Positions 1 through 9,675 of a DNA stretch of 41,238 nucleotides are shown here, one piece after another (position 1 is the stretch's first letter; each line of letters begins with the position of its first letter). Made by a program: the position numbers and the translations under genes. The notes beneath the pieces were generated by a model. The model was not told the DNA's origin. It ran no database searches and saw nothing but the letters and a program-made list of their open reading frames with translations. Source of the stretch: Polyangiaceae bacterium (GTDB lineage Bacteria > Myxococcota_A > Polyangia > Polyangiales > Polyangiaceae). Location: the NCBI GenBank assembly GCA_044376115.1, contig JBILLK010000047.1:1-41238 (forward strand), read 5' to 3'.

Positions 1-148
1 AGCACCCAGATGGGCAGGGGGCCCGTGGCTCGCACGTCGAACCACGTCACGGAGAAGGCTGGGAGCTGCCGCGGCGCGATGGACAACGTTGCGGAGAGCC
101 AGCGCTCACCGTCCAGGCGGACGGGTTCCATGACGGCTTCTTTTTCAT
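1..148 (-). CDS. 5' part of a paralogue of the putative immunity protein at 2289-3314; runs off the window edge; possible 1-nt frameshift near the start
   Basis: Not in the ORF track. From ATG at 131 it reads MEPVRLDGERWLSATLSIAPRQLPAFSVTWFDVRATGPLPIWV, which aligns ungapped with WEPRRMNGEVWLSARISIAPQSLSAFSVTWFRAEASGPIPEWL of 2289-3314. ATG at 148 (GGAG upstream) gives MKKKPSW, matching MIATPKW but one base out of frame. Confidence 0.75.
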
Positions 149-220
149 GGCTTCGTCTCCTGGATGCCGAACCAACTTAACTGTTTCGGTTCTTCAGCCT
201 AGAACGCAACGCGCTTTGCG

Positions 221-1303
221 CTACGTGTTCAAGACCTCGACTCGCACGGCGCGTAGCTCGGTATCCGGATAGGGTGCGGCGACCTCCAGCGTGGACTGCT
301 CCACTGTGGTGACTACGCGAGCGTCGGCGTCGATAAGAAGCGCTGAAAGCGTTGATGGCCTGTCGAAGCGCGGGCATCCAGGCGGGGTGATTCCCACTAC
401 AGTGCGATAGCGCGGTACGACGAAAGTGCTTTCGTGCGCATCCTGGAAGAAACCGCGAAGTACAACGGGCTCACCACCTAGCAGGCGATTGTTCGAAAGA
501 CCCAGTGCGCCTGCTGAGAATGCTCGTGATTCAAGCACAATCGTCACGCCGGATCCCACCACGACCTCCACCTGGTGTGCGAGTCGCAAGGAGCCGATCT
601 CGTTGGGTTTGAGGACGCCCAACTCACACTCGCGTGGAACGACACGCCAAGGTCTGTAGGCAGGACGGCCGCCAAAGAAGCGGCACCGCGGAAAGGCAAT
701 CGGCTCCATCCAGCCAAACAAAGGCGGAAACGGAGCGTCGAGCCAGTCATCAGCGTCCTGGCGCACGATTGTTTCTGGGGCGACCGGACTCTCGGGATCT
801 TCCAACGACGGCATGAAAGTGCCAACCAAATCAGCAGCTCGTTCAGCCGTAACGAATCCGCGCCCTTTCGGATTCCTCGGGTAGAAAGCCATCGTTTGAT
901 CGAACGATTCGAGGGTTTCGACCTGGGCTTCACAAGGTCCTCCATACGCTTCTGAAGCCAACAACGGGATCCGCTCAGTTGGCGTCGGCTGGGACCAGGA
1001 GACGCTGCTACTCGAGGCGCTCTGGACAACCCGCGGACCGAATGCGCGTACCCGGCGCCCGTTTCCTCCAACCAAGATTTCACCAATGGAGGATTGGGGA
1101 CTCTTTAGATATACGTGTCCCTCGAGCACGACATCTGTTGCGAAACGATTAACCGCGCATTCAAACGCATCCCGTAATGGTGCGGCTGCTACCTCAATCA
1201 ACGAGCCTGTCGCAAACGAGAAGCTGCGGCGCACAGTCGCAACCAGCTGTGAACGCCCTTCAGGGAAGGAGCGTGACTGAGAGAGAATCAACGGGGCCTT
1301 CAC
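221..1303 (-). CDS. DUF2169-family T6SS adaptor/chaperone (divergent)
   Basis: 360 aa with DUF2169-like motifs (TDVVLEGHVY, VRAFGPRV, IPLLASEAYGG, YPRNPKGRGF, PSLEDP, GGEPVVLRGF, ALLIDAD); in a vgrG cluster; GTGA overlap with the upstream gene. Confidence 0.7.
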   Translation of the reverse strand: MKAPLILSQSRSFPEGRSQLVATVRRSFSFATGSLIEVAAAPLRDAFECAVNRFATDVVLEGHVYLKSPQSSIGEILVGGNGRRVRAFGPRVVQSASSSSVSWSQPTPTERIPLLASEAYGGPCEAQVETLESFDQTMAFYPRNPKGRGFVTAERAADLVGTFMPSLEDPESPVAPETIVRQDADDWLDAPFPPLFGWMEPIAFPRCRFFGGRPAYRPWRVVPRECELGVLKPNEIGSLRLAHQVEVVVGSGVTIVLESRAFSAGALGLSNNRLLGGEPVVLRGFFQDAHESTFVVPRYRTVVGITPPGCPRFDRPSTLSALLIDADARVVTTVEQSTLEVAAPYPDTELRAVRVEVLNT

Positions 1304-2307
1304 GATGCCGCCAGACTTCCCGAAACGCTAGGTAGCAGTCTAACCGACCGCATCTCGCCGCGAATATAGGGGCAAAAGAGCCTGGCGAAGTAGAGGCCGC
1401 AGGCGCGCTTCGCATCCAGGTCGATTTCGATCCATAGCAGCCTGCTCTGCCGAACGAGACGCCGAGTGCCAGTACGTATCTCGCAGCTGAAGGGCACACT
1501 TGGAACAGGCAAATCGAGCACCGCCTGAGCCCCCACGCTGCAAACGACTCGCCTGACGCCGACTATCGCGTCGAAACGCAGCCATGGCGGCGCCTTACAA
1601 GAAAGACGCGTTCGCGGATTCGGGTCGTCAGGAAATCTGGACCGGAGCTGCCCATCACTTCTGCATTCGATGTGGGTTAGCGCGTGGCTCGTGCCGGGGG
1701 GAACCCCCGCGAAGCTCCAGGAACGCCCCAGCGAGTCGTAGGATGAGTTTGGCGCGTCAACGTGTTCGATGCCTGGAACAGGGCGCCCCTCCGCCTCGTC
1801 TGGCGCACCATAGAAGCCAATGCCCGACGGATTCTCAGGCCAAGACTCCTCGAAAGATGGCGAGGGCAGCATGGTATTGCGAATAAGCCCAGGGTCGCGC
1901 TTCACGCGCCCACCAAGTGCGTTTCCCCAACCCAGGTCGACCTCGTGGGTTGGCCTTGGGGTACTCGGCCTAAGCTTGCCGCCCGAAGACGACCAGACGC
2001 GTGGTCCCCAGAGTTGCGCCTCAAACGAGTGGTCATCGACAGCCAGCGCAAGCCTCGCGCTCTCAAATGCTCTGGCAAGGGACAGGCGACCGCACAAGGT
2101 TACGTCAAGAATGTGCCGACGGTCTGGCTCGAGATGATGAACCGGACGGTCGGGAAGAAACTCGTCCCTTAGCCTGACCACCTCCCCCAAAGGCCGGCCA
2201 TCCAGTGTCCAGGGAACGAGCGTTGTCGTCTCGACCACAATCCAGTCCCCCGAAAGCACGTCGTTCGATACGCGTGTATCGAATTGGGTTAGGTTGCTAA
2301 ATTGCAT
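1300..2307 (-). CDS. DUF2169-family T6SS adaptor/chaperone (divergent)
   Basis: Start moved to MQFSNLTQF (ATG 2307, GAGGA upstream). Motifs DVTLCG, LWGPRVW, LGWGNALGG, ENPSGIGF, PGIEH, IEIDLD. Confidence 0.7.
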   Translation of the reverse strand: MQFSNLTQFDTRVSNDVLSGDWIVVETTTLVPWTLDGRPLGEVVRLRDEFLPDRPVHHLEPDRRHILDVTLCGRLSLARAFESARLALAVDDHSFEAQLWGPRVWSSSGGKLRPSTPRPTHEVDLGWGNALGGRVKRDPGLIRNTMLPSPSFEESWPENPSGIGFYGAPDEAEGRPVPGIEHVDAPNSSYDSLGRSWSFAGVPPGTSHALTHIECRSDGQLRSRFPDDPNPRTRLSCKAPPWLRFDAIVGVRRVVCSVGAQAVLDLPVPSVPFSCEIRTGTRRLVRQSRLLWIEIDLDAKRACGLYFARLFCPYIRGEMRSVRLLPSVSGSLAAS

Positions 2308-3314
2308 TCTTCCTCGCGATCCTTCGGGTTCATCAATCGTTGATAGTGCGCCAGCACAAACGCCATATGAGCGAACCATCGCACTTTACCCTCAGAGTTC
2401 TTTAGATTCTCAAGACACCGAACTCCTTCTAGGGTTAGCGCTTTATGGAGTTGAATAAACGGCGGGCTTGGATCAACGGGAAAGAGGAGAGTCCTATGTT
2501 CTGGGCTGGCTGATGCAGTGGGTAGCCAAACAAGTTCTGCGAGTAGCACGACAAAAAGAACCGCTGCGATAGGCACCATGACCACGGAATAAATAAACAC
2601 TAGTGGGAGTAAGTGCAGCGGAACTGTTCGCGACTTGGCGCTCGAAGATGGAAGCCAATTCGCTTTGGCTGCTCGCATCAACACGCGCGACAGCCGAGTG
2701 CGGGGGCGAAGCGCCGGCAACGCATCGCGGGGCACCAAGGCGTCTCGATTCTCAGCGCGTTGTTCCGGCTCGACACCTATTCGCGCATAGGTCGTGTTGG
2801 CCAACTCAGCGCCAATTCTTACTAAACTTCTGTTGCGCCAGGGGGGAAACCGCAAGGCACTCTTCCCAAGGAGGGAGGGCTTCGCCGGCTTTCCCGGCAG
2901 CCCCTGACCCGCCGGAAGATCCCAATACCCAGCGACTAGGTGCTGTTGCAGCTTACTCCTAAGTAGTTGAGCAGCTCGTGGCGCTACCAGAGGTTGACCC
3001 ACGTGCCGGAGCCGGGATAGCGGACCAGCCTGTGACCCGGCGCAAATGACGTCCCAAATCAAACGTAGGCGAGCACGATCGTGCTCGGCGCTAATGCCCT
3101 GCCTATCTTGCACGATTATGTCCGACTCCTCTCCAAACAGGTGGAGTCCCATCGCACCGAGGAGCAGGAGCCATTCCGGAATTGGCCCGCTCGCCTCCGC
3201 GCGAAACCAGGTGACAGAAAACGCAGAAAGGCTCTGAGGTGCTATCGAGATCCTTGCGGAGAGCCATACCTCGCCGTTCATGCGACGTGGCTCCCACTTG
3301 GGAGTCGCAATCAT
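2289..3314 (-). CDS. membrane-anchored hypothetical protein, candidate T6SS immunity protein
   Basis: ATG at 3314 overlaps the effector stop (ATGA). Long hydrophobic segment LLPLVFIYSVVMVPIAAVLFVVLLAELVWL. Has a paralogue at 1-148. The immunity role is inferred from position only. Confidence 0.6.
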   Translation of the reverse strand: MIATPKWEPRRMNGEVWLSARISIAPQSLSAFSVTWFRAEASGPIPEWLLLLGAMGLHLFGEESDIIVQDRQGISAEHDRARLRLIWDVICAGSQAGPLSRLRHVGQPLVAPRAAQLLRSKLQQHLVAGYWDLPAGQGLPGKPAKPSLLGKSALRFPPWRNRSLVRIGAELANTTYARIGVEPEQRAENRDALVPRDALPALRPRTRLSRVLMRAAKANWLPSSSAKSRTVPLHLLPLVFIYSVVMVPIAAVLFVVLLAELVWLPTASASPEHRTLLFPVDPSPPFIQLHKALTLEGVRCLENLKNSEGKVRWFAHMAFVLAHYQRLMNPKDREEECNLAT

Positions 3315-4522
3315 TCCGCAGTCTCGGGCACGCCGGACCAATCCTTAGCTGCCTCCTCGATCTCCCCACTGGCAGCGTCGCCAGAGGAGGACTTAAACTG
3401 GTCTCCGCCGAATGCTTCGGGGAACTTGCTGTAGTCTTTGAGCTTCTCGTCGAAGATCTCTTTCTCGCGCTCGACAGCTGTTCTCTCGGCCTTTGAGCCA
3501 TGTGCCTTGGTTGGAGAGGGCTGTGTGTTTGGTGGCGCGGAGTAAGGCCCTCCACCCTTGCGCTGGCCCTCGAACCATTGTTCAGTAGCGTCCTTCGCTG
3601 CCGGACCTGCGCCCTTCTCGCCCGCGTCCACCATTGCATTCTCCCCAGCTTCTTTCACCTCGCGCTCGAACGCCTCGTCGATCGCCTTTTTGGTCGCTTC
3701 ATCGATTGAGCTCGGATTGGCGCCTCGTCGGCGCGCCTCATTACTAAGAAAAGAGTCATAGCCGTTCTCGCGAATGAGCTTTTCTGTTGCCTCACGTGCA
3801 GCTTGCTGGGCGGCCTCCTGCTTCTGGAGATCGTAGGCCTGCCTGCTCAGTACTCGGCCGGTACTACTATTTCTCCACCAGCGGTGTGCGTAGCGGCCCA
3901 CGCCGCCGACTCTTTTTGCTACGAAGTCGCCTACGGGTCCCTCCATAATCTTCCCGAAAACGAAGGTCGCCAGGACCTCAACGGTCCCGGCAAGCGCCCA
4001 CTCAATCGCGGCTTGTTGCCAGTCTTCCGTGGTCGGGGAAACGTGCACCGTCCCCGGAGCGAGCCCGCCCCCGGTTGGTGTCGACATTGGGTCGGCACAT
4101 TCGATCGTAATAAAGACTGGTCCAGCTGCGGTGCTAGCTAGCGGTGAGTTATTTCCTTGTACTGAGGCGACGCCGAGTTTGAAGGTACTGGTAGAGAAGA
4201 AGATGGTGCTGACCACGGCCACATTGATCCCGGGGGGACAGTGCGGCGTTCGCTTGATCGTATGGTTGCGTGAGAAAACAGGGCTGCCGTCGGCGAGGAT
4301 GTTCGGGTGCGATTTATCGTCCATCGAGGGCCAGTGGGTGGCCGCGTACTGAACCCCGTGTATGGATTCGGGTATAGCAGGGAACATCCCTGCAGGGATC
4401 GGCATGGGCGGGGCACCGGCTGGGGCAAGTTGATTCCAGATGTTTAGCCAGTACAGGCCGTTGTGGTGCTCCAGGCCGTAGATGAAGTTGTGCCACTGCT
4501 TCTTGATTACGCGGCAGGTCAT
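3311..4522 (-). CDS. divergent PAAR-like domain protein with C-terminal extension, candidate T6SS effector
   Basis: N-terminal ~165 aa has His/Cys residues and PAAR-like spacing (EHH; ILADGSPV; TPHCP; SVQGNNSPL; CADP..P.G....GTVHV), followed by a hydrophobic helix and an Ala/Glu/Lys-rich tail. Lies between vgrG and the DUF2169 genes. Confidence 0.55.
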   Translation of the reverse strand: MTCRVIKKQWHNFIYGLEHHNGLYWLNIWNQLAPAGAPPMPIPAGMFPAIPESIHGVQYAATHWPSMDDKSHPNILADGSPVFSRNHTIKRTPHCPPGINVAVVSTIFFSTSTFKLGVASVQGNNSPLASTAAGPVFITIECADPMSTPTGGGLAPGTVHVSPTTEDWQQAAIEWALAGTVEVLATFVFGKIMEGPVGDFVAKRVGGVGRYAHRWWRNSSTGRVLSRQAYDLQKQEAAQQAAREATEKLIRENGYDSFLSNEARRRGANPSSIDEATKKAIDEAFEREVKEAGENAMVDAGEKGAGPAAKDATEQWFEGQRKGGGPYSAPPNTQPSPTKAHGSKAERTAVEREKEIFDEKLKDYSKFPEAFGGDQFKSSSGDAASGEIEEAAKDWSGVPETAE

Positions 4523-5241
4523 CGCGCTCCTGTGGACAAGCGAGCAAGATGCACTCGGAATCGCTCTTGAAACTCGGATTGCGCATTAGGATCCCGCTGA
4601 AACAATGAAAAGAAATACTGGCGCAACACGTCGAGCGCCCCCTCAGACGCAACTCCCGATCTACGAAGAACCTCCGCTGGTTTTGCGCCTGTACGTAGCT
4701 CTGCCTGTAAGAGCGCATAGGCATCCAACGACATTTCCGGAACAAGCGTTGGCGTAAGCGTCCCACCAAAACCTGGCAATCGGACCTCGGCCAGCGGACT
4801 TCTAATCATCATCGTGCCATCAAGATCATCAACGCTACGTGGCGACGGCTCCGCTATTACGGGTGGGGGATTGCGACTTAACACTCTATCCACTCTTGGC
4901 AGGTCGTCGCGGAACGGCAGCACCGGTTGAGCGCGCAAGAACGGGGCTTGAGTGGTGTCAGGATCGCCCGAGATCGTGGCTGGCTCAGGCGGTAGCACCG
5001 GCGCGGCCACCTTTAGCCTCTCCCGCTCCAATGCATAAGCGGCTGCAAACGCCCCCATCGTCTCGCGATCGTTTGCAACAGCAGCAGCTAACAGGCGCGC
5101 GATCCAGCGCTCTTCGTAAGGCGTGTACTCGCGCAGAGTCGCACCACGAAGCCTTAGAGCTTCTGCGAAATGAATGCCGTGGTGGACCTTGAGCGCCGCC
5201 AGCTCGCCGTATTGAGTTGCCGAGGTTTCGTCAAGTTTCAT
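4519..5241 (-). CDS. hypothetical T6SS-associated protein with two related helical segments
   Basis: 240 aa, coupled to its neighbours. N-terminal SATQYGELAAL.. and C-terminal SLDAYALLQAEL.. segments resemble each other and are joined by a Pro-rich linker. Confidence 0.55.
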   Translation of the reverse strand: MKLDETSATQYGELAALKVHHGIHFAEALRLRGATLREYTPYEERWIARLLAAAVANDRETMGAFAAAYALERERLKVAAPVLPPEPATISGDPDTTQAPFLRAQPVLPFRDDLPRVDRVLSRNPPPVIAEPSPRSVDDLDGTMMIRSPLAEVRLPGFGGTLTPTLVPEMSLDAYALLQAELRTGAKPAEVLRRSGVASEGALDVLRQYFFSLFQRDPNAQSEFQERFRVHLARLSTGAR

Positions 5242-5644
5242 CGTGACCCACCCTTTCTAGAAACTGCTCCCATGTTACGGCGGGGGTGCTCGACGGTGAG
5301 TTCAGCCTAATGCGTTCGGCATCGACTGAGACATCGTCGTTCGCTCGCAAGCAAATGTTCCCCTGACGCGAGCTCAGCTCGACATCACCTCCTGAAGTAA
5401 TCGAAAGATGCTCGGTGGCTGTCACTGCGATCCTAGCCGCGGCAAGTGCGATATCTCGCTCAGCGGTTATCTCAAGGTTGATCGCCCTCAGTCGAACCGT
5501 TGGGCCGTTCGGCCCGATCTCGACGGTGAGTTCAACTTCACCGTTTGGTGCCAGAAGGCGCAGCGTACTCTGCGTGTCTGAGTCTTCCACTGTCAGCCTG
5601 CGATCACGCGGCAAGGTCAGTTCTCTTGTGCTCATATCGGTCAC
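5231..5644 (-). CDS. small beta-rich spike-associated protein (gp5 C-terminal-like)
   Basis: 137 aa of alternating beta-strand pattern ending VDAERIRLNS, similar to the VgrG terminus GSLIKLNA; overlaps the vgrG stop. Confidence 0.5.
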   Translation of the reverse strand: MTDMSTRELTLPRDRRLTVEDSDTQSTLRLLAPNGEVELTVEIGPNGPTVRLRAINLEITAERDIALAAARIAVTATEHLSITSGGDVELSSRQGNICLRANDDVSVDAERIRLNSPSSTPAVTWEQFLERVGHDET

Positions 5645-7620
5645 GCATTCAGCTTGATAAGGCTGCCGGTTACCGTCACCTCGCCGCCAGCGACGTGTAC
5701 GTTCGAGCCCTCCACTTTTACAGTAGGGGCATTCACGTCGACTGCGGCAGAGCCCATCACCTTGACTGCATCTGCCTTCAAAACCACCATGGGCGCCGAG
5801 ACCACGACGATCCCGTCCGAGCCGACAGAAACGCTACTCGCGCCCTGAAGGACGGCGATACCGTGCGATATTGAACTCTGGATGGCGAAGGAGGTCGTAA
5901 CATTGATATTGGCACGCCGGTCGACGATAGGAGCTGTGATAACTGTCTCAGCATCGCTCCCAATGGCAGTCTGTGTTCCTGAACTTAGGATCGCGGTGTT
6001 GTCGGCTCGAAGATCTATTCTGGGCGCGTGTCCGCGAATCTCGACCCGGTCATCGAGCGACATCCCCGCTCCTGAAGCCAGTGCAATGTTCTGATTCGTC
6101 TTGAGTGCTGCGCCAGGCGTAGGATCGTTGGGTGCTCCAAGCTGCAGAAGCGTTTCTCCGAACGGAACGGTTATCTTGAAACGTTCACTACCCTCCGAGT
6201 CGTCGATGTTGATCTCGGTACCCCCTCCGGTTCGGATAACGTTACGCGGGGCGTTCCGTTCTGAGACCGTGGTCGGCGTAGTTGGATTTGGGACCGCGCC
6301 AGCGATGATTGGTCGATCTGGGTCGCCCTCGACGCACGAGAGCAAAACCTCTACTCCGTCACGGAGTGGGAAGTGGAACCCGTAACCTGGTCCCGCATGA
6401 GGTTGCGCCATGCGCATTGGGCGCGACGCCTTTCCGCGTGGAACATCTCTCCGATCGAATAGAAACCTAATGTGATATCGACCATCGCCGTCTAGTTCTG
6501 CGTATTGTCCCTCCTGAGCAGCTTCGACAATGCCCGAAATTACTCCTGCAACCAATGGCTTGGGAGTTCGGCGAATTGGCCGAAACGGGGTCGCGAGTGG
6601 AATCGCTGTGAACTGGTTCTCGTAGGCCATCGACGCACTTTCCGCTGACCCCCAATCCGCCTGATTCAGGCGGTGAGAAACTGAAACGACCAGGAGCTCA
6701 AGTTCTCCAATGGGATGCCCCTCCAACTGCAGATGGGACCCTGCCGAAAGCTGGGGTAAAGACGAGTGCCCCGTGAAGATGCGCCGCCTCGCTCCGATTT
6801 CTTGTGAGCGAACGGTAGCCAGGTGTTGAACTTCCAACTGTGTCTTTGCGTGGTTGCCGAACTCGTAGGTTGTTCCGCTGCGACCAGGCATTGTTGATTC
6901 GCTGTCCAAGCTCACTTTTGGCGTGCGATAATTGTAGTCGCGCAGTGCTACTCGATTGGGGATAGCTCGAATGTCAGTGGAGAGTTCAAAGACTTCACTT
7001 CGCTCCCCCCTTGGCCGAAATCGCGCTTGGATTGGGGCTGTTGCCTTAATCGCTTCGTTGGCGTCGGACAGCACCATTAGCTCTCCGTTCTCTGTCATCC
7101 GGAAGTAGTAGGTAATACCTTCGTGCTCGAGCAGCCGGTTGACGAAGCATAGATCCGTCTCTCGGTATTGAACTACAAACTCTCGCGCCGCGTACTCAGC
7201 TGCGAGTGAGAGCTCAAAGTCCCTGTCGCGTTGGAGCCCGATGCGGCTGAGCCGGTCGCAAAGAATCTCTGGGACAGTGGCATCCTGGACAACCTCGGTT
7301 GACGTCGTGAGGGACAATCCCTCCATACGAGGTCGAGACGTAATCCTCCAACGAAGACTGCCGGATTCTTCGTGAAGCGAACCAGCAACGCGGGTAATCA
7401 CACCCGTTACGCGTCGGATCTCAACCCCGTCCCGCTCAATTACAAGTGCTCCGGGGTTGCCAATCGTCTCAACGTCCTCCAGCCGCGCTCCCGGAGCACC
7501 GGCAAGGTCCACTCGCACCTCGTACGGCGTTGAAAGCTCTTCCTCATACTCCACGTGGAGAACACGAAACTGATTTCGGTCAATCGTTGGAGAGTCAAAC
7601 CAAGTTGATATTGTCGTCAT
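5641..7620 (-). CDS. vgrG: type VI secretion spike protein VgrG (TssI)
   Basis: Motifs EELSTPY, REFVVQYRETDLCFVNRLLEHEGITYYF, LRDYNYRTP, YENQFTAIP, DGRYHIRF, RMAQPHAGPGYGFHFPLRDGVEVLLSCVEGDPDRPII and a beta-helical C-terminus. Start moved to ATG 7620 with AGAGGA upstream. Confidence 0.95.
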   Translation of the reverse strand: MTTISTWFDSPTIDRNQFRVLHVEYEEELSTPYEVRVDLAGAPGARLEDVETIGNPGALVIERDGVEIRRVTGVITRVAGSLHEESGSLRWRITSRPRMEGLSLTTSTEVVQDATVPEILCDRLSRIGLQRDRDFELSLAAEYAAREFVVQYRETDLCFVNRLLEHEGITYYFRMTENGELMVLSDANEAIKATAPIQARFRPRGERSEVFELSTDIRAIPNRVALRDYNYRTPKVSLDSESTMPGRSGTTYEFGNHAKTQLEVQHLATVRSQEIGARRRIFTGHSSLPQLSAGSHLQLEGHPIGELELLVVSVSHRLNQADWGSAESASMAYENQFTAIPLATPFRPIRRTPKPLVAGVISGIVEAAQEGQYAELDGDGRYHIRFLFDRRDVPRGKASRPMRMAQPHAGPGYGFHFPLRDGVEVLLSCVEGDPDRPIIAGAVPNPTTPTTVSERNAPRNVIRTGGGTEINIDDSEGSERFKITVPFGETLLQLGAPNDPTPGAALKTNQNIALASGAGMSLDDRVEIRGHAPRIDLRADNTAILSSGTQTAIGSDAETVITAPIVDRRANINVTTSFAIQSSISHGIAVLQGASSVSVGSDGIVVVSAPMVVLKADAVKVMGSAAVDVNAPTVKVEGSNVHVAGGEVTVTGSLIKLNA

Positions 7621-7693
7621 TGAATCCTCTATGCGCTTCAGCGACGCACTCAGGTCCTGTGGATCTAGTTCCCTCGGACTGAGCACCATTGCC

Positions 7694-7775
7694 CAACTCG
7701 TTTTTCTTCATCACAGCTAAATCACCGGCCCGGGGTCGGAGCGCTCAGGTATTTCGTGCATGCACAGTCGATTTT
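7694..7775. promoter_or_regulatory. conserved 82-bp intergenic element, copy A (upstream of vgrG)
   Basis: Aligns ungapped with 9571-9652 (58/82 identical by manual count). Conserved blocks CAACTCGTTYTTCTTCATC, AATC, GCTCAGGT, CGATTTT. Confidence 0.6.
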
Positions 7776-7799
7776 CAGAACGCGCCTCACCAGTCCTGG

Positions 7800-7830
7800 C
7801 AACTCGTTTTTCTTCATGGTTGTTGCAATC
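7800..7830. promoter_or_regulatory. partial third copy of the intergenic element
   Basis: CAACTCGTTTTTCTTCATGGTTGTTGCAATC matches the left block of copies A and B. Confidence 0.55.
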
Positions 7831-7863
7831 ATCGGTTTGAGGGTCTGCGTACGAGGGGTTGCG

Positions 7864-9588
7864 TCAGGATTCGCAGGTGGACGCACCTGCGGTGAGCACG
7901 AGGGTGCCTTCACACGCGGGGCCGCTGCCGCCGGTGGGCGCGCCTGCGGCTCCAGAGCCGCCGCTGCCAGGGCTACCGGCGGTGAGGCTGGAGTTTTCGC
8001 CGATGACCGCGCCAGCTGCCAGCGACGCAATCGCTGCAGAAGGTCCGCCGAGGCCACCGGCTCCAGGTCCGCCGTCTCCGCCTTTGCCGCCGCTGCCGCC
8101 GTTGCAGGCAGCCGATACGAGCGTATTGAGGCCTCCAGATGTCGCGCCGTTTTCACCGCCCGAGCTTCCTCCTCCTCCAGCCTGGCCCGCGGCGCCTTGT
8201 CCGCCTTGTCCGCCGCTGCCGCTGCCTAGTTGGCTATCCGTGAGCGTGACCGTGGCGTTGCTTAAGAGCACCAGCGCATAGCTGGCTCCACCGGCCCCGC
8301 CCGAGTCTCCGCCCGCGCCGCCGCAGCCGCCCGAACCACCGCCACCGCCGCCAGGGCCAGCGGTCACGTTGAGGACGCAGTTGTATCCACCACCACCGCC
8401 GCCGCCACCTTTGCCGCCAGCGCCTGCGCTGCCGGGCGCGGGGATTGCGGGGATGTAGCCGGCGAGGGTCAGCGTGCCGAGAGCGGTTGGGGCTGGGGCT
8501 GCTGTGCCGTTGGCGCCGGGGCTGCCTTGCCCGCCGTTCGTACATGCCAGCGCCGTTTGGCCCGCACCGCTGGTACCACCGCTCATCGCGCCGGGGTTTC
8601 CGTTTCCACCCTCGCTGGTATTCGTCCCAGCGCCGCCAATGCCTCCAGCGCTTGCTGGCGTACCAGCGTCACACACGGGCGCGGGCCCGCCTGTTCCGCC
8701 CACGCTCACAGCTCCTGCATCGCAACCAAGTTCACCCATCGTACCGCCGGTGCCCGAGGGCGCTGCCATTCCGGGTGCTGCAGCGTTTGCACCCGCAGCG
8801 CCATTGCCAGCGGTAACCGTTGTCCGCACGAGCTCGAGCGCGACGGCGTCATTGGCGAGCACCGCGATGCTGCTCGCTCCAGGGTCGGTCGCGTTGGGGG
8901 CGGCCACGGCGAGGTCTTGCATCAACACGCTGCCCGTTAACACGGTGACCGTTATTGCATTAGCCTGCCCTGTGAGCTGCGCCTTCGGGTTGGCGCTGGC
9001 GTACGTCCAGTCGCCACAACTAAGTCCGCCATAGACGGTTAGTCCGCTGGGGATGGTGAGGCTGCCAGTGAGCGGCGCATCTCCGCAGATATAGACGGCG
9101 CGCGAAGCGCTGGGATTCGCGGCGGCTTGGTCCAAAGCCTGTTGCAGATTGCCGGTCGGCGAGCCCTGTGTGCCGTCGCCTGCGGCGCCGGGGTCGACGA
9201 ATACACCGCAGTCGGGGCCGATGGGCTCGCCTTCGGTGGGCGTGCACGTTGGATTCGGCCCGCCGCCCTGGCCGCCCTCCCCGCCCTGGCCTCCACCACC
9301 AGCGTTACCGCTTATGCCGCCCTGCCCGGCGTTGCCCTCTCCGCCAGCTCCCCCATCCCCGCCACTCGCACCGCCGCCTTCGGGCGTGCAGACAAAGCCT
9401 TCGGGGCAGCTGTCGTCGCCGCAACCGAACACGGCTGAGCAACCGATAACAAGCAGAGCCAGAGCAGACTTTGCTGCCCCCCTCGGCCTCGCTTCGCTCG
9501 CCTGGTCCCCCCAAACTCGCGCGCTGCGCTCGCGGGGGGACACACGGAGACCGTCCAACGGGTTAGCAGCCAACTCGTTCTTCTTCAT
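7864..9588 (-). CDS. Gly-rich (PGRS-like) surface lipoprotein; true start uncertain, probably downstream of 9588
   Basis: Lipobox-like VFGC; GVFVDP..GDGTQGSP..LQQAL, VYICG, TVYGGLSC.DW beta-helix-type domain; Gly-rich C-terminus; paralogue of 9676-11268. Confidence 0.8.
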   Translation of the reverse strand: MKKNELAANPLDGLRVSPRERSARVWGDQASEARPRGAAKSALALLVIGCSAVFGCGDDSCPEGFVCTPEGGGASGGDGGAGGEGNAGQGGISGNAGGGGQGGEGGQGGGPNPTCTPTEGEPIGPDCGVFVDPGAAGDGTQGSPTGNLQQALDQAAANPSASRAVYICGDAPLTGSLTIPSGLTVYGGLSCGDWTYASANPKAQLTGQANAITVTVLTGSVLMQDLAVAAPNATDPGASSIAVLANDAVALELVRTTVTAGNGAAGANAAAPGMAAPSGTGGTMGELGCDAGAVSVGGTGGPAPVCDAGTPASAGGIGGAGTNTSEGGNGNPGAMSGGTSGAGQTALACTNGGQGSPGANGTAAPAPTALGTLTLAGYIPAIPAPGSAGAGGKGGGGGGGGYNCVLNVTAGPGGGGGGSGGCGGAGGDSGGAGGASYALVLLSNATVTLTDSQLGSGSGGQGGQGAAGQAGGGGSSGGENGATSGGLNTLVSAACNGGSGGKGGDGGPGAGGLGGPSAAIASLAAGAVIGENSSLTAGSPGSGGSGAAGAPTGGSGPACEGTLVLTAGASTCES

Positions 9589-9652
9589 CGTTGTTCAATC
9601 TCGGGCGCGTGGTCTCGGTGCTCAGGTTTCTCGGGTGTGGGCGTACGATTTT
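9571..9652. promoter_or_regulatory. conserved 82-bp intergenic element, copy B (between the two lipoprotein genes)
   Basis: Ungapped match to 7694-7775 at a constant offset of 1877. Confidence 0.6.
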
Positions 9653-9675
9653 TGGCGCGTTCGGTGGGCGAGAGG

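Noticed and set aside
7690..7817. MKKNEL-starting mini-ORFs as a peptide family
   Set aside because: Similarity stops after six codons and extends upstream into non-coding DNA, with no RBS; better explained as a DNA motif, though a uORF is not excluded.
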